Below are positions 22,701 through 34,700 of a DNA stretch of 64,000 bases, one piece after another (position 1 is the stretch's first letter; each line of letters starts with the position of its first letter). The notes below the pieces were generated by a model. That model saw nothing but the letters and a program-made list of their open reading frames with translations, was not told where the DNA came from and searched no databases. The stretch covers positions 10,478,001 to 10,542,000 of the forward strand of contig NC_047068.1 of assembly GCF_902459465.1 (NCBI RefSeq). The letters are read 5' to 3'. This DNA is from Asterias rubens. Taxonomy: Eukaryota. The position numbers were made by a program, and so were the translations under genes.

Positions 22701-25700
22701 GCTGAGAGTAAAAAACGGCTTATCTATTATAATGACCCCTTGACGCCAGTGACGATTTTCCTCTAATTGGGTTTGCACACAGTTCTCCAGCTTTGGCAAA
22801 ATGAGGGTGTAATTTTCCACATCAACTAGCCGCCACTGACGTCATGATTCCTTTATCGCGCGGGTTTGTTTGACCCCGCGTTTTTCAGAAATTTGGCTTA
22901 AAGCGTTCTGGAGAAAAACCAATTTTTACCATGTTTTAACGTGAGGTAAGAGACTCGTTATATTTTTTTTATGTTTCCTGGATGGACTGCAGTTATTAGA
23001 AAACTGTAATATCTATATATTTGAGATCATCCTTTATTGGCTGTTAAGAAGGTGAAAAGTCACACAACAAGAAGAGGGTAAAAAGAATGATGACGCTACC
23101 TGTTGGTTCTGTAAGCATGCAATAAAAGAAATACATGCAAGAGAAATACAAATCAGTCATGCAATGGTTATATTTATTTATTTATTTAAATGAATGCGCT
23201 GTATTTCTGACGGCGTGAGGGCGCTCTCAATAGTATTTTCATCACTTACAGGGGGTATACCCGATTCGTCCTGCACAGTTTTAATAGGTGTTCTGTCACT
23301 TTTGTTGCGCTGTAGTTTGAAGTTGCTTTAGAGGTGGATTATAACGGCTCTTTTGGCCGTGATTAACATGATGTCTGTGGTGGTAATGTGTTCCAGTCTT
23401 CAATACATGTTTTTGGTATGAAAGAATATACCCCTGGAAATGATTCAAATATTGTTTGAGAGCGCCCTCACGTGGTTAAAAATATGAGGCATTACATTCA
23501 TGCAGTGATGGTACCATTACGCATTCCAGATAGATTCCATGCAAGATGAACGAAATAAATACATCCATGTGTTGTGTGTAATGCGTATAGTGCGTAATCT
23601 TTCAAAATGAAAAGACAAGCTAAGCAAAACACTTTGTTTTTATGTACAATACAGTATAATAATAAACAGTGCTTATAAAGTGCTATTCCAAAGGAGGCAC
23701 GATCATAGCGCTCTACAAAATTAAATTCTTTTTTTTGTAGTACAGGTACATGGAATTACGTGTGCTGCTTGGCATGTATTTTTATTTTTGCGCACACAAA
23801 TTTAAAAATAAAATAGGGGTAAACAAATGTTTCCACAATAAAAGAAGCTCTATTGAATGTAAGCAACATTACTTGGTATCAGTGCAAAACTGATGTATCT
23901 CCTAAAATAGCACTTACTTTACGCAAAGGTAACAATTATCCAAACATTGAATCTCGCTTAAAGCCACTGGACACTATTGGTAATTGTCAAAGACCAGTCT
24001 TCTCACTTGGTGTATCTCATATGCATAAAGCGACAAACCTGTGAAAATTTGAGTTCAATTGGTCGTCGAAGTTGCGAAATAATAGTGAAAGAAAAAACAC
24101 CCTTGTCACACGAAGTTGTGTGCGTTTAGATGGTCAATTTCGAGACTTCAAGTTCTAAATCTGAGGTCTCGAAATCAAATTCGTGGAAAATTACTTCTTT
24201 CTCGAAAACTACGTCACTTCAGAGGGAGCCATTTCTCACAATGTTTTATACCATCAACCTCTCCCCATACTCGTCACCAAGTAAGGTTTTATGCTAATAA
24301 TTATTTTGAGTAATTACCAATAGTGTCCACTGCCTTTAAAGGCACTGGACACCTTTTGTAGTTGTCAAAGTCCAGTATTCTCACTTGGTGTATCCCAACA
24401 TATGTGATTATTTGGACTCAATTGGTCATTGAAGTTGCAAGAGAATAATGACAGCAAAAACAATCTTGTGTACAAATATGTATGCTTTCAGATGCCTAAA
24501 AAGGCTTCAGGCCTGAAGTCTTTTAACATATGAGTGAGAAATAACCTCTTTCTCAAAAACTAAGTTACTTCAGAGGGAGCTGTTTTGCACAATGTTTTCT
24601 ACTATCAACAACTCTCCATTGCTTGTTACCAAGAAAATGTTACCAATAGTGTTTAGTGCCTTTAATATAGTTCCCGCCGAGATAAAATGATTTTGCACGG
24701 AGCATTTTACGAGATACAAGGCTTTGGCAAAATCAAGATTTTTTTTTTTAAATTGATGGACAGTGTACTAGATTGAAATGATGTAGATATGTTAGGGTTG
24801 AATAATAATAATAATAATAATAATTAGAGATTTATAAAGCGCACATATCTGCCTAAAATGGCACCCAAGGCGCACAAGAAAAAAAACACTAGAAACCTTA
24901 CCTCTGGGTATTCAGTTAGAAAGAGCTTCATACCAACAAGAAGAAATGTTAGAAGTTGTTAGTTTATGATTAACTTATCTGAGCCAAATGCATTGCAAAG
25001 CACCAGTGCCAATCTTTTGCCAAAACTCTCCCTTCTTCGGTTCTACTGGGACTTTTCCCTTGATAGTGGGTACCACTTCTGGACTTCATTTCAGAGGGAA
25101 ATATTTCACAGAAAAAAAACGTTTTTTTGTGCAAACTTATCAGTAAGTTTTCAGAATGATATTAAACAATGTTTTTTTATCCTCACCGACCATGTTTATT
25201 ACCTTTAAGATCTTGTTTTCATTTATATATTTACTATTGTGGGATGTCATAGGAAAATCTGACCGCCGGAGATTCTGTCCCCATGGGAAATTAACATGGG
25301 CTGGAGGAGGATGCTTCAAAAGAGGGCGCTATCAGAAGAAGTTTGTACACAGTTCATTAATTGGGGATAGAAACTCTACGGGACAGAATCTCCTGCCAGA
25401 GGGGGTTGCAAAGGGGGTCAGTTTGAAACAAGTCGTTTTTAGACAATATCACACTTACCTTATCATCCATAGCATCCGAAATAGCCTGCAAAAGAAAAGA
25501 AGATAAATACATTAAGAAAATAACTTTACAAAAACAAGCTATTCTTTTTCACAAAGGTTTTGTTGACTGCCCGATTTGTTTTACTGTTCAGGAAGGTTGG
25601 GAGCAGATTTTAACTTTAATCGCTTCGTTGTTCCAACTCTAAAGTTTAACAATCCCTAAACTGGATGTCAGATTTTTTGCCCCGAACTTTACAAAATAGA

Positions 25701-28700
25701 TTTTTTTTTTTTTAAATGGTATTTCAAAGAGTATCACCCGCTCTAACAATTTTTTTTTAAAACTTTTACTTTTAATTGTCAGGAACCATGACAAAAAACA
25801 TTTCTTCACTGCAACTAATAATTGGCGGACTTTTTCGAGCAATGGCTCAAATGAAAGCTTGTAACTTTCTCGACCCCCATCAAAAGACCTATTGAGTTTT
25901 AAATCCAAATTTTGGGGTCAAATCGGCCAAAAATCTGACATAGCATCTTTAATCCAAATATTATCCCTGCTGGGATAAACAATCGTCTTCTACAGCTACG
26001 GCTATATGAGCGCGTATGTCAGTGTTGGAGAATAGGAAGACGGTCACGATAGCCGAAGTCGCCGTGTTGGACATGGCCTTACCTTAGTAATGGTCTGCTG
26101 AAGTCCTTCCTCCTGGGTCGCGACCTTTGACTGCAAGGCCATGACCCGAGCATCAAGGTCAGCCAGTCCTCTCAGACCACCCTGGCCCTGGTCTTCAATC
26201 ATCTGCTGTACCTTGCCTTGATACTAGAGAATGACGGACAGGAAAGGAGGAAATCAAAAACAAGAAATATTGTCGGATTACTTATTAATAATATTAATGA
26301 TGACTTAACCACCAGAACTTGAATTCGATGCTCTTAACCACTCGCCATAACATTCAGCCATGACACCCTAACAACTGGAACCTACATGTAGGGTGAAGTT
26401 ATCAAAGCTGAAATAAAATAAGGCCGTGTCCAAAACAGCAACTTTGGCTAAGACTACAGCTAGATCAGCACGTCTGCCAGTGTTGAAGAAATGGCAGAAG
26501 AGTGCAATCTAGCCGTAGCCGTAGCCAGAGTCGCCGCTTCGGACCACGGTCTTAGATTGATAAAATCAAAAATCAAAGTGAAATTCGACCAGAGTACTTA
26601 GCTAAAAGTTTGCAAGCAGAACACTGAAGACAGAGCGTGCAAACAAAAAACTTGAACCCTTTAAGATCAATTACTGAAGACATCTTTGGAAAACAATTTA
26701 GAGCAACAGAGAGACTTCTTCCATTTCAAAGGAAAAACAAAAACAAACACAGACAGCATGGAAAGCATTTTGCCGCACCCTCTTCACAAAATATACATGC
26801 ATTAACAATACACTAACAATTCTAAGCAACTTGCTTTAGCAAAGAAACTTTCGCCAAGCAGAATTTGAGCTTCCAGTCAAAATACAATTCTATGCACATT
26901 GACTGTTATTCGCCCTTATAATTTTTTGCCTCACACAATATATTTCGTTTTGGGTTGAACAAAGAGAAATTTACTACGACGGGATTTGAACCTGCGACCT
27001 TTGGATAAACGTGACAGTGCTCTACCAACTGAGCTATCTAGCCCCAGTGTTGGCAGCCTCTCTGTTTTGTCAATATCTCGTTTTACACTTAAAGTTTAAG
27101 ACTGACATTGGTAATTGTCAAAGACAAATATCAGTACTTTGTGAAAGCTCCATAGGTTATCGGAGTAACAAGAAGAGAGTGAAAAACCCCAACACTGTTT
27201 TCCCTGTTCTAAAAATCACTTCTGATTTCGGAACCACAAGATCAAAACTAATTGTTTTACTAATTTCAAGCAAAAATTTTCAATGGGAGGCTTCAACAAT
27301 GACCAATGACCAAGTAAGTTATGTGCAAGTTTGTGAACATTTACTTTCCATTTTTCAACCATTCTATAACCATGTTCATACTCCACGCAAACTAAGAAAG
27401 CCAAGTCAAGTTCGCTGCATCGCAATAGGAAAACAATGCCTACAACAAGATTGTCTGCATCACATAATTTGCTGTGTACTCACTTTTGTGTGAAGTATGA
27501 CCTAGGGTCCAATTTCATAGAGCTGCTTAACGGGACTGTCGATTTCCATTTCATAGCACTGCTAAATAAACCGTAACCACATCAAAAGGCATGCTAACCT
27601 TCCAGTGCTTACTGCATGAAAATGAACGACATCACAATGCAAATCCATGGTGAACGTGCAAGATGGCCGCCTAATTTTCTTGTTAACCTGTGAAGTATGC
27701 TTACACCTTAGCAAATTTTTCTGCAACTGTTAGCACGAAAATTCGCTTATCGCTAATGAAATTAGGCCTAGGCTGTAGGCAAACCCTTCAACAGCTTTAA
27801 CAGGCCCCATGCATTGAGATCAAGATGTGCTTTTGGTGCACTCATCTACCACAGAACTCAGGAAAGTAATGAGTACACCGAGCTTGACACACATTTGAGT
27901 ACAGGTAAAACAGAAATATCATTCTTCATCCCCGATGCAAAATTAAAAATCAAATACACGGTACATTCATTTATCTACAATTTACAATCACTTTATGTCC
28001 CTGAAAGGAATAAACAGCGACATTGAACGACATTCAGCGCTTTACTGGTCACAAATACAATGGAGAACATAGCAACGAATCTAAACTCCTCACCCCATGG
28101 TTTCCTTTGAGCTTCAACTGATCAATCAATATGAAAAAACATTAAATTGATTCAGTTATGATTTTTAGTTGTTACAGGTGCTTTTAATTGTCACACACAA
28201 TAATTTGCTGCAGTTGCACTATTTACTTGCATGGGCAAGAAAGCACTTAAAAAACATCTTTTTTCTAAGTAGTTTTCTGTAAATTGCTTTTTGTTCAATT
28301 GTTGATATATTTTTAATGCTATTGTCTGCTTGTTCAAGTGCTGTGGTCCAAATGAAATGGCGCTATGTAAAAGCCCAGTGTATGTATGTATGTATGTATA
28401 CGTATGTATGTATGGGCCCAATAGACCAATCCATTAAGCTCCGCCCCATTGTGTATTGACCAACCACAAAGCAACGAAGGTCCGACAAATAAGTCAGACA
28501 TGCGTGCGCGTATGCTTGGCGCGTGCGGCAGAGTTGTGCAGAAAGTTGTTGGAGAGGCGCACGTGTTCTTGCACACACGTGCGTCGTGGGCGGAGCCTAA
28601 TGGATCGGTCTATTTCATAGAGCTGCTGAAGCAGTAAAACTTGTTTAAAGGAACACGTTGCCTTGGATCGGTCGAGTTGGTCTTTGAAAAGCGTTTGTAA

Positions 28701-31700
28701 CCGTTTGTTATGAAATGCACATGGTTAGAAAGATGTTTCAAAAGTAGAATATAATGATCCACACAAATAAACCTCGAAATTGTGTGGTTTTCCTATTACT
28801 TTGCAAACAAACACATTCGGCCATTTATGGGAGTCCAAAATTTGACTCCCATAAATGGCCGACCGTGTTAGTCGACGAGGTAAAAGGAAAACCGCGAAAT
28901 TTCGAGTGATACTTGTATGGATCATTATATTCTACTTTTAAAATATCTTTCTAATCATATGCATTCTGTAACAGACGGTTATATACGCTTTTCAAAGACC
29001 AACTCGACCGATCCAAGGCAACATGTTCCTTTAACACTCTGCTTAGCATTAATTTTTTTTTATTAACCCCTGAGTGAACCCGACCTCTTTTAACCTCTTA
29101 AGTTGCGCCACACATCTGGAACTCTCTACCACTTAATCTTAGATCTTGTTTTTGTAACACAAAAATCCAATCTCTTCTCAAAACTTATCTTACATGTAGG
29201 TCACAGGTTTTCAAGGACTAATTTTGTTGTGTCTGTTTTTCTTTGTTTGATTTTATGGTTTTACTGCGCCTTGAACACCCAGCACGGTGGATATGTGCGC
29301 ATTACAAATCTTAATTATTATTATCATTATTAACGCTCACAACTCCCTGCAGCGAAGAACCAACTAACAAGTAAAAACTTGTCCACCCTTACCTGTTGAG
29401 TAGCTGTAGAGACTTGTTCATTAATACCTCCGATAGCCTGCTGCAACGTGGAGATTGCCACGCCCAGTTTCTCCTGCACATCCTCGATCTTGTCTTCGAT
29501 CTGCTTATCCTGGTTTTGCCTGAAAATCAATTTTAATCAATTTTTGAGTTAACTTGAAAAAATGTTACACAAGTAATTTTTGATGTATACTATAACTGGT
29601 AAATGCATTTTTACATGGTTAAACTGGGACAACAATTATTTTAGTGACATTGTTTTAATCATTTCTTAAAAACGATCAGCACCTCAGCAAGTAACATTTT
29701 AATGTTAGCTTTTTACTATCACGATCTTCAAATGCTGTAAGTTTAATGTAAATCTGTGGACATTGTGTTTTGTGTTACAAAAAGTATCCCAATCCTCTCA
29801 AGTTTCATGATGTTGTAAAAGATTGGGCTGAGATGGCCGACATCTTACCTTGATTTAATCTCAGCTTTCATGACAGCCTCCAGCTGCTTCTTAGTCTCAT
29901 GTTGCATCTTCTCCAGTTTGTCCATGTACTCGTTCACTTTACTCATTCCTCCAACATTCTTATGTCTCTCCAACTAATAAAAAACATAGACATTCAACAG
30001 TGTCTTTAGGGTCCCATTGCCTTCAAATTTCTCTCTTTTGATGCTCTTGTTATCTTTTTTTAAGAGTTGTTCATCAGCTTTAACACCTACAGTATGTGGT
30101 TTTTAGTGAGTAGTGAATACAAAATAAGACATTTCCTCAAAAAACTCAACCAATGGAACATACCGTACGCCATTTTGTGGAGTCAAAAATTTTGTACCAC
30201 AAATTAGCGGACTGTGTATGGATCATTATTTTCTAAAACGTTCCCACCATATTCATTAAAAAAAGGGTATTCATCTGTTCATTTGAATAATGAATTGCTA
30301 CTCATTTGAGTAACGAATCGCTACTCATTTGAGTAATAAATAACCACTCATTTGAGTAATGAATCTCACCTTTTGACCTTCCCTGACATGGAGCACTTCT
30401 TCCTCAGTGAGTTTCTGCAGAGCAGACCATCGTTTCTCATTCTCTTCTCTCATGGCTTGCTCGTGAGCGATACGAGCAGCCTGCTCGGCATGGAGATACT
30501 GAAATCAAACAAAAACAAAAATAATCAAATTCCCATAACGCATTTTCCTACTACAAGAATATTCATTTTGTCCCCTGATAACCTTTGCAACTCATGTTGT
30601 TAACAATTATGTACAGAATTTGAATTTAGGAGGAAAAATCCACATAATCGCTGGGCTTGGGGTAGCTCAAGTCTTTTTAAAAAAAGAGTTCTAGTTACAA
30701 GACGAGAATATAAAAAAAAATGAGTAGGATTCGGAAACGGTAACACCAAGTAATGACTATGTCTAAATGAGTTGGGGTGATCCTGAAAAGAACCGTTGGT
30801 CAGCTCATGAAAACCAACGGTTCTTTTCAGAAACCAACGGTTCTTTTCAGAAACCAACGGTTCTTTTCAGAAACCAACGGTTCTTTTCAGAAACCAACGG
30901 TTCTTTTCAGAATCACCCCAACTCATTTAGAGATAGTCATTACATGGTGCTACCGCAAACCTTTCGATATTATTAAAAAAACGAAAAAAGACCAGAATCA
31001 AAATGAGAGCACAGCCTTATCATTATAAACCATTTTTATTTAAGCACAAACTAAGAAAAGACATTTATGAGACTCAAACTCTGCATTTGAACACAATTTT
31101 TTACAAACAAAGACATTCAATGGGAAACTTTAGACTATCTGCCAATCACCAAGAGAGGGCGCTCTTCACCAGGTAATGTCAACAACTTAGGAATAGGAGA
31201 AGCATGAGTGACGGTCACTGACAGCAAATACCTTGTGCTTTGCATGTTTTTGATTTTGTATTTTAGATTTAGCCAAACTGTATTTTGTTTTTCATAACAC
31301 ATTGCCAGCATAAACCAAACTGTTCTGGAACAGGACGTACTGGACACGAGTTCCCCCAAGGATAACAAGTGGTGTGCATGAGTTTTTGGGAGTGTTTCTT
31401 CTAGTAGGGGTAATTAGCAAAAATTCCAAAATGCTGACCTACCAAAAATTGAGAAGAAATCTGAAGATTAGTTGTATGACAATGTATCTGATTTAATTTT
31501 CAAGAGGCTGAGAGACTTCTAAATATTTTTTGAGTATTTTTTTAATTTTTAGCATTTACCATTGTTTGCTATAGGAGTTGTGCACCCTTACCTGGTAGGT
31601 CTGCTGCCCTCTAGTGGCAGAGTTTTCAAAAAGTCTCCCATTAAAAAACACATGTAGACCACTCAAAACTGAAATTACTGGCTTCAGGCCAGTGATCCAA

Positions 31701-34700
31701 TATAAACTTTGATTCCCGATCCTAACCTTTTCAATGTTGCCAAACTTCTGCTGAGCTTCTTCTCGGAGTCGGATCTCCTTGGAGAGGATCTTACGGCTGA
31801 CTTCCTCGGCAATCTCCGCAATCTTCCCTTGCATCTTAAGACGTTCGTTATCGGCGGCGTGTTCTCGTTCCCTTTGGACTACATCTATGGTGTGTACGGT
31901 CTCATCCCTCTTACGGGATTGCTCGTGAACCTGAGCCTGCACGTCGTTGAGCCTGGGAGAAAATATTGATTTTATAAAGGCACTGGACAGGTTTGGCAAT
32001 TGTCAAAGACCAGTATTCTCACATATGCATAAAATAACAAACCTGTGAAATTTGGGGCTAAACTGGTCATTGAATTTGCAAGAGAATAATGAAAGAAAAC
32101 AAACCCTTGTTGCATCACTTTGTGTGCTTTCAGATGCATAATAAAAGGCTTAAGCTTAAGTCTTTTATATGCGTGAGAATTTACCTTCTTTCTCAAAAAC
32201 TACGAGTGTGCCGTTTCTCACAATGTTGTATACTATCAACAGCTCTCCATTGCTTGTTACCAAGTAAGTTTCATGCTTACATGTACAATCGTTTTGAGTA
32301 ATTACCAATAGTTTCCAATGCCTTAAAGAAACGTTTTTCTCTGATGAAATGAAATAAGGGTGCAGAGTTTAATTACGTCTGCTATTCTTTTCTTCGATGG
32401 TTCCATCAATAACCAGCTGCCACTGATAAGACTCTTGCATTGCTGAGATGAGAACAAAGAGCTATTCTAAACAGCTTTATATCACAAACTGCCTCTCTTT
32501 GAATCACCATGCCTGGTGCATGTTTCCCTCCATCATTTGCTACCTTCAGCTCTACCTACGTCTCTGTAGCTTCTTATCAAGAGTGGCTTTCAGCCTTTTT
32601 GTAGAGAACTTGCATAATTTGTTTTAAGTCATTAAGTAAAAAAATAGGAATTTTTTGCCTGAGAAATGTCCAGAATTGATAAAAAGATAAAATATTCGCT
32701 TTCGTGGGCTAATATAACTTGTGAATTATACATGAATGATGCTTGCCTTGGTGAGTCAAACCAGTACAAGAGCGGGTCAAAGTGGGCAGGTAAGTACAGA
32801 AATTTAACAAGTAAAGTCGTGCAATGATGTCTAGCTTACTTGAGAAAGAAGTTCTGCTCCTGTTGTCTCCTCTCAGTTTCTTCCGTTGTGACTCTGTTTC
32901 TTAAATCCATCAGAACGTCCCGCACTTCACCAAGTCTGAAGACAGTCATATTTAAGATTCAAGTCATCATCATATACTACATTTTGTTTTTTGGTGGAAC
33001 TTAGGTTTGGTGGAAAATTTTGTTTTTTTAATATGAAAAAAAAACCCAGATGAATTTGTGAGTGATAACTTTGTGAGTGATAACTGTGAAATGGAAGACA
33101 AAGACACACCTGTCTTTTGTTAGAGACTTTCCCATATCCTCCAAAAAAATTCCAGGCCTCAAAATAACCAACCGCACCAACAGCAATTGCCGTGGTGCCC
33201 TGTGCTGCTTTGCAATGTTCCACTACAAATTAATTTACATTTGCCTCATAGAAGTGCCCCTTAACAGAAGGAGATTGCCCTGGCCCTCCAAGAGGGAAGT
33301 TCAAAGCCTGAAACTCCCCTCTATGGTATCTCAACACCCAAGTATTTGGACTTGTATAACATTGGTGCCTGCTTCAATGATAAGCAATTGTTATTTGGGC
33401 CTGCAGTATCAAATCCTACAAACTCAAACTACTTCCTGAAGAGGATTCTGGAGGATTTGAGAAACTCAAGATTAGTGGAACTGTTTTAAGATCCTGTTTA
33501 AAAAAGCCCAGAAAACACTCTAGTAATATAGTATTTATAAAGATGTGCACACAATCCGTCTTTAAGCAGCAGTGGTAGAAGAGTAAGAGAATAAAACACA
33601 AAGTGTGTAAGAGGCCGACACCAGTTGAACTTTCAATTAGTCTACCTTGGACTGTGTTTGAATTTTTCATGATTTTCCCCATTTAGCATCGATATGACAT
33701 TGAGTAACCTTCAAAGCAAGCTAGAGGTTACCTTTTAAACTATCAATAATCATCTTGACATTAATCCTTTAACAGTCGGGCTACTTAGAGTTACTTTAAC
33801 CCATACACCGATGTGTGTTAGCGCTGTCTACTCAGTACGAATGCTTGGAAAGAATGGTTGAGAAGAAATTGGACCAGGAAGAATAAAAGAGAACGGTTAG
33901 GAAGAAATTGATTGAGCACGAATATGAGAAAATGGTTAGGAAGAAACTGATGCAAAGAATGTATGAGATCGGTTAGGAAGAAATTAATGCACGGAAGAAA
34001 CAAGAAAACGATTAGGAAGAAATTAATGCAAAAAGTACAAGAGACTAGTTAAGAAGAAATTGAATGAGAAAGAATACGAGAAAACGGTTAGGAAGAAACT
34101 GATGCAAGAAAGAAACGAGAGAACGGTAAGAAGAAATTGGATGAGGAATACCCTGGTAATACGAGGAAACAATTGGAAGAATAATATGACAGGAAGGAGG
34201 GAACGGTTAGAAATATGCGAAGAGGAGAGAATGGTTGTTAAGAATATGCGAATAGGAGAGAATGGTTAAAAATAAATTAAGTGAGGAAGAATACGTGAGA
34301 ATGATCAGAAAAAAATAAATGCAGGAAGTTCGAGAGATTGGTTAGGAAGGAAATTGAGCAAGGAGGAATACAAGAGAATGGTTAGGAAGAAATTGATGCA
34401 AGGAATGTAGGAGAGAACAGTTAGTTAGAAATTCGTGAGGAAGAATACAAGAGACCCGTTAGGAATAAATTGCGTGAGGAAGAAAACGAGAGAGAATGGT
34501 TTGGAAGAAATTAATGCAAGGAATTTGAGAGAACGCTTAGGAAGAAATTGAGTGAGGTCCAATACGTGAGAACGGTTCGTCTGAAAAAAAATTGATGCAA
34601 GGAAGTACGAGAGAATGGTTAGGAAAAAAATTGATGAGGAAGAATACGAGAGAACGGTTAGGAAGAACCGAAGATGTTACCTAGCATCTAACTGAGTCCT

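Noticed and set aside
26973-27045. Functional tRNA gene
   Set aside because: A and B boxes are present but the acceptor stem does not pair, and the flanks match a dispersed repeat
30811-30910. CRISPR-like or iteron-like 20-bp exact repeats
   Set aside because: No spacers; they are an amplified part of a foldback MITE arm
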